Source: Octopus bimaculoides
Lineage: Eukaryota
Direction: 5' to 3'
Length of the DNA stretch: 34,284 nt
Assembly: GCF_001194135.2 (NCBI RefSeq)
Contig: NC_069000.1
Span: 29,124,879-29,159,162 of the forward strand
Part shown: piece by piece, positions 12,038 through 22,453 of the stretch
Layout of the letters: each line of letters starts with the position of its first letter
Numbering within the stretch: position 1 is the first letter of the stretch
The notes under the pieces: model-generated
Databases searched by the model: none
Told to the model about the DNA's origin: nothing
The model's input: the letters and a program-made list of their open reading frames with translations, nothing else
Program-made: the position numbers and the translations under genes

Positions 12038-12190
12038 CGTCTGAGTTCACATACTGCAGGGTCGACTTTGCCTTTCATCCTTTTGGGGTTGAGAAATTAA
12101 GTGCCAGTTATGCACTGGGATCGTTGTAATCAACTGGTCTCCCCCGCCAAAATTTCAGGCCTTGTGCCTATAGTAGAAAGGATTATTATA
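12038..12190 (+). mobile_element. SINE family A, 5'-truncated
   Basis: GTCGACTTTGCCTTTCATCCTTTTGGGG...GGCCTTGTGCCTATAGTAGAAAGGATTATT. Confidence 0.85.
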
Positions 12191-12191
12191 A

Positions 12192-13255
12192 TTAGAAATA
12201 AGCTGAGAGGAACTTATCTCTGAAGGGTCGGGCAAAGGCAGTGAATGCCTGCATTACATTCCTCATTGAATACCTTCTGACTGTTGACTTTGCACTGCTA
12301 CATGGCTGACCAGAATGTTCTGCTTTTTGTGGAAGGGATGTATCCCATTGGTCAAATGGTCCATTTGCTGTCAGCATCCACTGGGCATGCTGTGACTAAT
12401 AATAATGCACAGACATGCCCTGAGGCCATGACATCTCCAGCCTTTCATTGATGGTGAGCTGGTGTGGTCACCATTTGTTAGACATGCTTTTCCACCGCTC
12501 ACTCTTTGATAGAGCTGCAGTCATGGATCAAATATAGACCGAGATAGAGTGCCTTACACCTTGAATGCTGGCAGATGCTCACAACTCTCTACCAGCCAGG
12601 CATTGCAGTCAGTGGATGCTTCACTTTGACATTCTAGGGATCTATTGGATGTAATGGTGGGTGAGAGCAACAACGTTTATGTGGAAACTTTGAGTATTAT
12701 TGAAAATCAACTGGCTGGTCTTTTCCAGAGGACTTTCAGGTCAAGGCCCATGAATAATTTCCAGAAGTCCCTAGCTTGGAAGTGCCACTGGGGTGCATTG
12801 CTGGTTCAGAGTAAACACTACAGGTATGGTAGTGCGATTAGTCACACCAACCTGAGAAGCACACAGAACAGCAAAACTGTCCTGCACAAAGTACAATGCT
12901 CAATCACTGCTGACTTATGGAATAATATCAAACAGTGGTTATCATGCATAGGACAAATCCAGCTATCAGCCAACTCCATTATAAGATCACACAGCTGCCT
13001 TCCTTTAGTCAGGAAGGGCGAGGAGTTTCCTTCTGTCTGGTGGCTATAGCAAAAGAGGTTGTGTGCTGGACAAGGCAGAAAGAAATGAAAACAAACACTT
13101 TCCTCTTCAGCCAAGCCCTCATTGATATTTTTAAACTTCTTTTTGGAAAGGAAGATGAATATTGAGACAGATTTGTTGAAAGGAGCGTGAATGTGGAAGA
13201 GGTGGCCTGAGTGAGTGGGCCTGCTCTAAGCTGGCATCTGTTGGTTGAGGAGTAC
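12192..13255 (+). mobile_element. L1/Tx1-clade LINE, decayed ORF2 C-terminus
   Basis: Frameshifted motifs LSLKGRAKAVN, FCFLWKG...PLVKWSICCQHP, FQKSLAWKCHWGAL and FCLVAIAKEVVCWTR follow the post-RT layout of L1/Tx1 ORF2. Confidence 0.75.
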
Positions 13256-13266
13256 AGAGAAGAGCT

Positions 13267-13381
13267 AAAATAAGTACCAGTTGAACACTGGACTTGATGT
13301 AATTGACTAGTCGCCTACCTGCAAAATTTCAGGGTTTTGTGCCTGTAGTAGAAAGGATTATTATTATTATTATTATCATTA
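13267..13381 (+). mobile_element. SINE family A, 3' half with (TTA)n tail
   Basis: AATAAGTACCAGTTG...AAAATTTCAGGG...GTGCCTGTAGTAGAAAGGATTATTATT. Confidence 0.8.
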
Positions 13382-13383
13382 TG

Positions 13384-13500
13384 AAGGTTACCAGCTGGCA
13401 GAATCATTAGCATGTCAGGTGAAATGCTTAGCGGTATTTCGCCCATTGCTACGTTCTGTATCCAATTTCTGGTGAGGTCGACTTTGCCTTTCATCCTTTC
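13384..13500 (+). mobile_element. SINE family A, 5' half
   Basis: AGCTGGCAGAATCATTAGCA...GAAATGCTTAGCGGTATTTCG...GAGGTCGACTTTGCCTTTCATCCTTTC. Confidence 0.85.
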
Positions 13501-13504
13501 AGTT

Positions 13505-13718
13505 ATTTTCAAGTTAACAATGTCTTTCTTAGGATGTGGACAACACCCATGAGAATAGTTTTTTTGTAGTCCTGACACCTTGTGGGAGGGTTACCTGATA
13601 TTTGGCCGTAGTGTTCAAGTGTACCATTTGGTATTGCTCCAAAAGCTCCAATGATTACAGGTACAGTTGTTGTTCTTAGTTGCCACATTTTTGAGACCTC
13701 TATTTCAGGGTCCTTGAA
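13505..13718 (-). mobile_element. Restriction-like-endonuclease non-LTR retrotransposon (R4/Dong-type), C-terminal fragment
   Basis: FKDPEIEVSKMWQLRTTTVPVIIGAFGAIP...ISGNP...ILMGVVHILRKTL matches the KYxDLxxEIxxMW...VPVVIGALG...AHILRKVL end of R4-clade ORFs. Confidence 0.8.
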
Positions 13719-13724
13719 ATAGAG

Positions 13725-14417
13725 TCGCAACTGGAGTCAAGCAGGGATGTGTTATGTCAAACTTCCTGTTTCTTATGGTGATAGACTGGGTCATGTGAAG
13801 AACAACAGAAAGGCATAGGAATGGCATTAGATGGAAGATCTCAATTTGTGGATGATGTAGATTTGCTATCATCCACCTACAAACGTATCTGAAGCAAGAC
13901 ACAGAAAAATGTAAAACACTAATGATTAATGCCAAACAAGCTTGTGTGAGAATCGGTGATATTAAAAAGAAAGAGAAAGGGGGAATGGCATATAAAAAGA
14001 ACAGAATATCCAAAACCTGGAGAGTATTCTACAATCTAACAAAGGCATGGAGAAGCAAAGGTACAGGCAGCAAAATGAAGCTGATGCTGTTCAAGACATT
14101 GGTCTGGCCAGTATTACTCTACAGATATGAATACTGGAAAGTGACAAAAATGGAAGAAAAAACAATGGACAGCTTCCAATTCACATGCTTAAGGAGAATA
14201 CACAACATCAAGTGGTTGCAAAGAGTCTGAAATTACACAATTGAGATGAAAATGGGCATCAACAGGATCAGTGATGAAATAAGATTAAGTCGCTGGAACT
14301 GGATGAGGTAGGTCCTCAGACAAGATCAAGAAGGCAGTTGTATGGTAGCACCAAAGTGGCAGCCTGGGAGATAAAGAGCAGCAGGGTGTCCTAAAACCAC
14401 ATGGTGAAGGACCATTG
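13725..14417 (+). mobile_element. RTE-clade LINE fragment, internally deleted, running into a gap
   Basis: TGVKQGCVMSNFLFLMVIDWVM, KLMLFKTLVWPVLLY, FQFTCLRRIHNIKW, SRWNWM and PKTTW motifs, with stops. Confidence 0.88.
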
Positions 14418-14823
14418 NNNNNNNNNNNNNNNNNNNNNNNNNNNNNNNNNNNNNNNNNNNNNNNNNNNNNNNNNNNNNNNNNNNNNNNNNNNNNNNNNNN
14501 NNNNNNNNNNNNNNNNNNNNNNNNNNNNNNNNNNNNNNNNNNNNNNNNNNNNNNNNNNNNNNNNNNNNNNNNNNNNNNNNNNNNNNNNNNNNNNNNNNNN
14601 NNNNNNNNNNNNNNNNNNNNNNNNNNNNNNNNNNNNNNNNNNNNNNNNNNNNNNNNNNNNNNNNNNNNNNNNNNNNNNNNNNNNNNNNNNNNNNNNNNNN
14701 NNNNNNNNNNNNNNNNNNNNNNNNNNNNNNNNNNNNNNNNNNNNNNNNNNNNNNNNNNNNNNNNNNNNNNNNNNNNNNNNNNNNNNNNNNNNNNNNNNNN
14801 NNNNNNNNNNNNNNNNNNNNNNN

Positions 14824-14892
<69 letters not shown>

Positions 14893-14910
14893 CATCATTA
14901 TTATTATTAT
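14824..14910. repeat. (TTA)n microsatellite
   Basis: Direct reading; abuts a gap. Confidence 0.97.
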
Positions 14911-14911
14911 T

Positions 14912-15128
14912 GAAGTGGTGAGCTGGCAGGATCGTTGGCACGCTAGGAAAAAGGATAAGCAGCATTTCATGTCTTTACGTTCTGAGTTCAAATTCAACTG
15001 AGGTTGACTTTGCCTTTCATCCTTTTAGGAAGTCAATGAAATAAGTATCAGTTGAGCCCTGGGGTTGATGTAATTGATTTAACTCCTCCCTGAAATTATT
15101 GGCCTTGTGCCAAAATTTGAAACCATTA
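14912..15128 (+). mobile_element. SINE family A, full length
   Basis: GTGGTGAGCTGGCAGGATCGTTGGCACG...TTCTGAGTTCAAATTC (B-box-like GTTCAAAT)...GGCCTTGTGCCAAAATTTGAAACC. Confidence 0.88.
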
Positions 15129-15131
15129 TTA

Positions 15132-15160
<29 letters not shown>

Positions 15161-15162
<2 letters not shown>

Positions 15163-15380
15163 GGTGACAAGCTGGCAGAATCATTAGTGCACTAGAAAAA
15201 ATGTTTAGCAGCATTTAGTCTGTCTTTACGTTCTGAGTTCAAATATCACCGAGGTCGACTTTGCCTTTCATTCTTTTGGGGTCAGGGAAATAAGTACCAG
15301 TCAAATACTGAGGTTGATGTAATCAACAAGCCCCATCACTCCAAAATTTTAGGCCTTGTGCCTATAACAGAAAGGATTAT
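15161..15380 (+). mobile_element. SINE family A, full length, head-to-tail with the previous copy
   Basis: Same head, core and tail; separated from the previous copy only by (TTG)n. Confidence 0.88.
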
Positions 15381-15849
15381 TGTTGTTATTTAAACCACAA
15401 CAGTACCATCAATAGACACAGAAGTCCATCATAGCACAATGGTGCAATATACCACCCCATAAACACATCATAGAAACTGTTCAAGAGATCTATGGCAGTC
15501 TCAAAACAATTCTCCAAAGACATAGCAGTCTTATGAGGAAGAGTGAATGAAAGACTCTACAAAGTGTTGCTTGAGGGAACACCTACATCTAACTGGAAGG
15601 TTTGATCACCTGTCCTCCATGGGAATTGGATAAGTAAACTTTCTAACTTTCACCTTTCCAGTCAACAGAGCTTTATTCAGAATAGGTGGCATACATGTAC
15701 ATGGCTTAATGCTGTCTTGATCTCAAGTCAAAGGTGTGGTAGCAGACAGCAAAACTAGGATTTCTGATTCTCAGACATTAGCATCCATTTTTTAGCTGGT
15801 CTGGATCAGGAGGATTAGCAACAGTGTTGTTTTGGAAAGATTTAGACCT

Positions 15850-16277
15850 AGGTGCAAGTTGCGTGGTAAGACGCTTGCTTCCTAACCACATGGTTCTGGG
15901 TTCAGTCCTACTGTGTGGCACCTTGAGCAAGTGTCTTCTACCATAGCCTTGAGCCAACCATAGCCATGTGAGTGGATTTGGTAGATAGAAACTGAAAGAT
16001 GTCCTTGGTAAATATATGTATACACATGTGGTGGGGGATGCGTGTATACGTGTATGTCTTCATACATATGTTTGTCCCCCACCACCACTTGACAACTGAT
16101 GTTGGTGTGTTTACATTCATGTAACTTAGCAGTTTGGTAAAAGAGACTAATAGAATAAGTACCAGGCTTAGGAAAAAATAAGTACAGGAGATGATTCATA
16201 TGATTAAAAATTCTTCAAGGCAGTGCCCCAGCATGATTGCAATCTAATGACTGAAGCAAGTAAAAGATATCAAGATA
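15850..16277 (+). mobile_element. SINE family B, full length with central microsatellite
   Basis: tRNA-like head (GTGGTAAG...GGTTCAGTCC), central TA/TG tract, 3' half ending TGACTGAAGCAAGTAAAAGA; colinear with 19400-19799. Confidence 0.88.
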
Positions 16278-16299
16278 GAGACAATCACCAACCCCCAAA

Positions 16300-16460
16300 C
16301 CACCCCGGATCCAGATGGTAAGTTGATGATCCTAGATAGATGTGAGCAGCAACAAAGTTGATGCTCTCAGACTATTGACCCTCTATGCTCCGACAGGGAA
16401 AAAGCAGCTGGGTTTCTTCTGGCATCTGGAAGTGTTCCTGGGTAGTCAGTTTCAGTCTCA
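16300..16460 (+). mobile_element. L1/Tx1-clade LINE, APE endonuclease fragment
   Basis: DPDGKLMILD, then frameshifted SSNKVDALRLLTLYAPTGKKQLGFFWHLEVFLGS, resembling DPEGRLVVLD...RLVAVYAP...FF in Tx1-type endonucleases. Confidence 0.7.
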
Positions 16461-16461
<1 letters not shown>

Positions 16462-16499
<38 letters not shown>

Positions 16500-16560
16500 G
16501 TGTGTGTGTGTGTGTGTGCGTGCATGCGTGTGTTTGTGTGTGTGTGTGTGTGTGTATGTG
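16462..16560. repeat. (TG)n microsatellite
   Basis: Direct reading. Confidence 0.97.
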
Positions 16561-16939
16561 TCTGCGCGCACGCGTGCATGTGAGCCTATAAAGGAACCTC
16601 TCTATGTGATTACTGTACCTGCTTAGAAATAGATCCAAATCCCATACAAATCCCACATTATCATCTTACAAAAGAAAGGATACATTGAATAATTTAATGC
16701 TTGAGATGTTGTTCCTTGATAACAGATGGATGATCAATGAGTGGAATTCATTTTATGGCAAGCCTGCCTGATCAAGTCTGACCTGCAGCTAAACAGCTGC
16801 AATAACAGCTGTATTTTCTATTGGCAAGATTTTTTTGACACTATGTAGTTGGCAGAAATATAGGATCCTAATCTCTCAATCCTTAATTGTTTGAATTAAC
16901 AAGAATGGGTTTTAAGAACTGCTTACCATAAGCAAATGA

Positions 16940-17130
16940 AATGTAGCCAAGTCACTTGACTTAATGATAAAAATAGCAATCGAATCTCCCTCCAATTTCA
17001 CCTAGAGTGTGATTGGAGGGAGTTACACATTCCATAGTGTAATCCTTGATGTAATAAGAAAAGATGGAATGGCACAATTGGAGCATATTTGATAATAGGT
17101 TTATTTGTATGGGACTAGACCTAGGGTTAA
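16940..17130 (+). mobile_element. SINE family F, degenerate
   Basis: AAATAGCAATCGAATCTCCCTC...GGGACTAGACCTAGGGTTAA; the tail matches 27295-27320. Confidence 0.55.
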
Positions 17131-17330
17131 CCCTTTAGCATTCAGATTATTCTGTGAAATGTAATGTTTTTTATTCACATTGTTTTGAATTAATCATGCA
17201 TTATCTCATAGCTTTGAGATTTCAATGATGTGACTATTTATTTTTAGAATGACATTGTAGAGCAGGCCAGTTTGAACATAAAACAAGTAGAATATTTGGG
17301 GCAGATGTGGCCAGTTTAAATGCTAAAGCA
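17131..17330. mobile_element. TTAA-flanked MITE (piggyBac-like ends), family E
   Basis: TTAA at 17127-17130 and 17331-17334. Termini CCCTTTAGCATT and AATGCTAAAGCA. Second copy at 28721-28948. Confidence 0.8.
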
Positions 17331-17969
17331 TTAAACAGTCAGAATAATTGCTGCAAGTGGAGTATGATCCTAGATCTGATGGATCAGGATTGACCCGGAT
17401 CTGAAAAACTACAAGATGAAAAATAAAACAGTGTCACAAAGTACATTTGGTGCGGAGACATGCTGGTCATTAACATTTATGAGTGGGTTAATAAGTGTAA
17501 GCAGACATTAAAAAATGTCTATTTACAAATTCTCCTGTCACAAAAAATTACAATAAGGAATGTAGAAAGTTTAATTATCCATTCTGATGGTTTATATTCC
17601 TTGATATGCGTATATTTTTAATTAAATAATCTGTAATAGCAATTAGTCAGCAATATTTGTAGGTTCACAGGTCAATCACTTTAAATGGAAAAATTTATTA
17701 AAACCAGAGGGGAAAATAATATTAGTATCTTTAATTATATTGGCTGTGATGATTATTATTATACATAATCCAAGTTGCACTAAATATTCACATGGACATA
17801 CACAAGTATTTATGGACTAAGAAATTGAATTAAGTCACTTGTAACTCATTCTCTCTGGGTATTACTGTCTCTTTCTCCACCTCACTCTTTGTCTATCAAT
17901 AATGTCAGCTGTCACTTCCTCTCTCCCTTTTCTTGTACTTACATGTGTGTGTGTGTGTGTGTGTGTGTT

Positions 17970-18007
<38 letters not shown>

Positions 18008-18204
18008 NNNNNNNNNNNNNNNNNNNNNNNNNNNNNNNNNNNNNNNNNNNNNNNNNNNNNNNNNNNNNNNNNNNNNNNNNNNNNNNNNNNNNNNNNNNNN
18101 NNNNNNNNNNNNNNNNNNNNNNNNNNNNNNNNNNNNNNNNNNNNNNNNNNNNNNNNNNNNNNNNNNNNNNNNNNNNNNNNNNNNNNNNNNNNNNNNNNNN
18201 NTCT

Positions 18205-18850
18205 CTTTGAGTGTTTTTTTGAGCTTTAGGAATAGCTAAAAGTCACACGAAGCCAAGTCTGGTGAGTGGGAAGCCTGACGGACAAGTGTTTTGCTTGACA
18301 AGGAGTGCTTGGATGACATGGGCGGTATGAGCAGGTGCATTGTTATGGTAGAGCTTCCAGTTCTTTGTTTCCCACAGGTCGGGTCATTTTCGCCACACAA
18401 CTTCATGAAGGTGACGAAGGACCTCCAGGTAGTATTCTTTGTTAACTGTCTGGCCACAACGTGGCTCACTGTCCACTGAGGTAGAGCCATCCTTGAACTA
18501 GTTGTACCACTCTTTTATTTGTGTTTTTCCCATAGCATCATCTCCAAAGGCCTTCTGAATCTTCTCAATAATCTGGGCTTGCATATCACTAAATTTTGGG
18601 CAGCATTTGATACACTAGCGTTACTCAATGCACTCGGTTACATTGACTCAAAAAGAAAAATCATATAGCACACTCTTCACAGCTGTACTTAACGCATCAC
18701 TGTGGACAAGTGGTGCAACCTACAGACAAGAAAATTTTTGCGCATGCTCAAGAAAGACATGGCCTCCTAATATCTATGCAGATTTTGCTCATGCATTATT
18801 ATTTTGTGCAAAAAAAATCAAGGTCAGATACTTTTTGACTACACCTCATA
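18205..18850 (-). mobile_element. Mariner internal-deletion derivative; 3' end in a gap
   Basis: TIR TATGAGGTGTAGTCAAAAAGTATCTGA at 18850(-). N-terminal IQKAFGDDAMGKTQIKEWY...FKDG is joined directly to QTVNKEYYLEVL...HNNAPAH...SPDLASCDF. Confidence 0.85.
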
Positions 18851-18880
18851 AATATATATATTTGTATATTTGTATATATA

Positions 18881-19085
18881 TCATCACTTAACATCTACTT
18901 TTCCATGGTTGCATGTACCAAATAGAATTTGTTGAGGCAGACCTTCCTGTCACCAACTCTCAGTTGTTTCTAAGCAAAGTAACATTTCCCTATGGCCAGA
19001 CATATTTTTCGTTGAAGACTAGAAACGAACAACATTGTTAGTATGATGGTGAGGTACTTTTACAACCATGACATCAAGACAAGGG
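18881..19085 (-). mobile_element. SINE family H
   Basis: Matches 3551-3745. Confidence 0.7.
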
Positions 19086-19162
19086 TACACACAAACACAC
19101 ATACATGTATACACACATACACTCCCACATAAACAAACATGTGTGTGTGTGTGTGTGTGAGT

Positions 19163-19317
19163 AGAAGTGCATGGCTTAGTGGTCAGAGTGTTGCATTTAT
19201 GATCATAAGATTGTGGTTTTGATTCCTGGTCTGAGTACGATGTTGTGTTCTTGGTTACTCCAGTCCACTCAGCTGGCAATAGTAATCCTGCAACATACCA
19301 GTGTCCCATCTAACAAG

Positions 19318-19318
<1 letters not shown>
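19163..19318 (+). mobile_element. SINE family D
   Basis: GCATGGCTTAGTGGTCAGAG...GTGGTTTTGATTCCTGG (A/B-box-like), CTCCAGTCCACTCAGCTG core. Confidence 0.7.
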
Positions 19319-19354
<36 letters not shown>

Positions 19355-19399
19355 ATAGAATCTAGGGGAAACCAGCTTTATAAGCGTATGGCTTAGGAG

Positions 19400-19544
19400 A
19401 GGCCTGTAAGGAGCTTGCTTTCCAACCACATGGTTCTGGGTTCAGTCCCACTGCATGACACCTTCGGCAAATGTTTTCTACCATAGACTCAGGCCAACCA
19501 AAGCTTTGTGAGTGGATTTGGTAGACAGAAACTGAAAGAAGCCC

Positions 19545-19591
<47 letters not shown>

Positions 19592-19799
19592 ATATGTTTG
19601 TGTGTTTGTGTTTGTCCCCACCCCACCATCACTTGACAACTGAGGTTGGTGTGTTTACGTAGCGAAAGTGACTGATGGAATAAGTACAAGGCTTACAAAG
19701 AATAAGTCCTGGGGTCAATTAGTTCGACTAAAGGTGGTGCTCCAGCATGGCCACAGTTAATGACTGAAACAAGTAAAAGAATAAAATAATAAAAGAATA
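19400..19799 (+). mobile_element. SINE family B, near full length
   Basis: Colinear with 15850-16277; central (TG)n at 19550-19590. Confidence 0.88.
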
Positions 19800-19807
19800 T
19801 ATATATA

Positions 19808-20343
19808 CAGGGCTATTAAAAATGAAAGAACCGATTTCATTACACAATATTTTAATAAGGAAAAGCAATAGAAAACTCCAGCTGAGTCCCAAGTATTTAC
19901 TGTCTTATAAGTGTTCAATGTGGCTGCTGCCTGCAGCACTGGTAACATCAATGCAATAAGAGAATTCCTCCCAGATGCATATCAGTATATCACAATCCAC
20001 TGAGTTGATCACTGTTGTTATTCAATGTTTAAGGTCATCGAAGTTAGTAGGTAGCAGTGGAACATAAACGCAATCCACTAACCTCAATGACCTTAAACAT
20101 TGAATAACAACAACGATCAACTCAGTGGATCATGATATGCTGATACACGTCTGGGAGGAATTCTCTTATTGCATTGATGTTGCCTGTGCTGCAGGGAGTG
20201 TCCACATTGAATACTTGTAAGACAGGAAATAAAAGTTGAGTGTGAGTAAATACTTGTGACTTAGCTGGAGTTTTCTATTGCTTTTCCTTATTAAAATATT
20301 GTGTAATGAAATCGGTTTGTTCTTTTTGAATAANNNNNNNNNN

Positions 20344-20346
<3 letters not shown>
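19808..20346. mobile_element. Fold-back (palindromic) Tc1/mariner-superfamily MITE
   Basis: TA|CAG...CTG|TA ends. Arms 19808-20050 and 20071-20346 are inverted copies. The right arm encodes ...DMLIHVWEEFSYCIDVACAAGSVHIEYL*. Confidence 0.9.
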
Positions 20347-20390
<44 letters not shown>

Positions 20391-20740
20391 CATGCATGCA
20401 TGTATGTATGTATGTATGTATGTATGTATGTATGTATGTATGTATATGTATGTATATATCAGATAAAAAGGATTTTAAAAATCCAAGGTAGATCCACAGT
20501 CATTACCTCTGCTAATCCATTGCTAACAGATGGTTTATCTGAAAGAAGAAAACTATCCATACAAATAGAAATTCCAGGTCAAATAAATTGGTTGCAGGTC
20601 ATAATACATTAAGTCAAAGACTGAAATTTATGGTATTACATCTAATTCTTTAATTATGCTTGTTTCAACATTATTAGGAATACGCATTCCATTAATATAA
20701 ATAACAATATTCATATAAATATAAATGAATTTACAATATT

Positions 20741-20951
20741 GGTTTCAAATTTTGGGACAAGGCCAGCAATTTCAAGGCAAGGAGTGAGTTAATTACATTG
20801 ACCCTAGAGCTCAACTGGTACTTACTTTATCAATCCTGAAAGGTGAAAGACATTTGACCTCAATGAAATTTGATCTTGAAACATAAAGACGAACAAAATG
20901 CCACTAAACATTTTGCCAGACATGCTAACAATTTTGCCAGCTTGTTGCCTT
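20741..20951 (-). mobile_element. SINE family A, degenerate full length
   Basis: GGTTTCAAATTTTGGGACAAGGCC...ATGCTAACAATTTTGCCAGCTTGTTGCCTT. Confidence 0.8.
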
Positions 20952-21115
20952 AAATGAATTTATAATATCATGATATATTGCTAATGTAAACTATGTACAT
21001 TTCTTCAAAAAAAATCTCATAAGTCATAAAATTGTTACTTCTGAGACTGTCAGAAAACCAAATGGTTTATCTCAATAGCAATATATATAGCAATATATAC
21101 TATAATATATTATAG

Positions 21116-21678
21116 CAGCGGTTCCCAAACTATGAGTCACGACCCACTGATGGGTCGCAAACGGAATCGTAGTGGGTCGCAAAAAGTTATAAAATTACCC
21201 ATTAGCTTTGATTAACTGCTGTCTATGAAGATAGTTCAAGACTCATGTTTTCAATACCAGACTGGTTGTTTTATCAAGCAGTAGGCTTTTTTCACGAACT
21301 TAACAAATCAGAGGTGGTCATTTTCTCAAGTTATTTATTCGTACGTAATCGTAAAAAGGAAAAGTCTGTTTTTACCTATTTATAGAGAACTTTAACTAGG
21401 CGCAGTACAACACTGATCGAGCCGATAACAGTTACTGCTTCGAGGTTTTGTATTAGAGTTAATACCTGCCCATAGGGTATGGAGATGTTGAAACAGTTAT
21501 AAAACATTTTGTTTCACATTTAATATAAATGAGGCCTTCTCACAGGCCTCTATGAAAATGTAATCTGAAATAAATTTGTTTCTTTCATTAATGTTTTTAC
21601 CCAGTAGAGTTAAGTGGGTCACCATAAACTGGTGTCATAAATAGTGGGTCGCATCTCTAAAAAGTTTGGGAACCACTG
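21116..21678. mobile_element. hAT (Charlie-like) non-autonomous element
   Basis: 16-bp TIRs CAGCGGTTCCCAAACT and AGTTTGGGAACCACTG. 8-bp flanks TATTATAG (21108-21115) and TATTATAA (21679-21686). Subterminal GGGTCGC/GACCCAC motifs. Confidence 0.9.
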
Positions 21679-21905
21679 TATTATAATATTGTGGAATGCT
21701 TTTATATTCATGAATTATATATTCCATGTAGTATTGAAATGAGTGTAATTAACTAATTAGATGTATTACCTAAGTTCCAGTCTTTGATATCATACATATA
21801 TATCCTTTCACTTACATATACAATCACATGGACAGACCAATTATACTCAACAATATAAGTACCCATGCATATGTAAAATCACTTGCAGGTATATTCCGGC
21901 ATGTG

Positions 21906-21943
21906 CAGGTGTTTTGCTGTAGAGGAGATACATGGTTACCCGG

Positions 21944-22004
<61 letters not shown>

Positions 22005-22340
22005 TCAAGAATGAGGACAGAAACAGGTATGCTGCTGTAAAAGAGGCATGTGGTTATCCAGCCAGAGAAAGAGAGAGAATGATCAAGAATGAGGACAGAA
22101 ACAGGTGTTGTAGAGGAGTTACATGGCTACCCAGACAGAGAGAAGAGTAAGAGAGAGAGAGAGAGAGAGTAGAAGATAGTATGAGTGCAAGGGAGAGCAG
22201 GAGAGAGATGGTGTGAAAGTGTCAGGGCATACTCACAAGGAATGTGGATCAGGATATAAATGGGATGTTAGGGTAAAGGAAGAAAGAGACAGATGGTGGC
22301 AAGTGCTTGGACATACCCTCAATGTACAGTGGTTACAATT
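21906..22340 (+). mobile_element. Family G element with three tandem head modules containing (GA)n
   Basis: CAGGT...GCTGTA...ATGGTTAYCC...(GA)n...TGATCAAGAATGAGGACAGAAA recurs. The 3' part matches 5014-5212. Confidence 0.7.
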
Positions 22341-22453
22341 TATATAAAATAAGTGACACACAGCCACTGATCCTGCAACAAGCAAATTAGCTAGTTGAAA
22401 AAATCTCTAAGAGATGAAAGCAGTAACTATATTGAAAAGTAACGTTTATTGTC

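Noticed and set aside
16342-16656. HT/CV/YI/ER-repeat ORFs here and throughout the window
   Set aside because: These are translations of (CA)n, (TG)n, (TA)n and (GA)n microsatellites.
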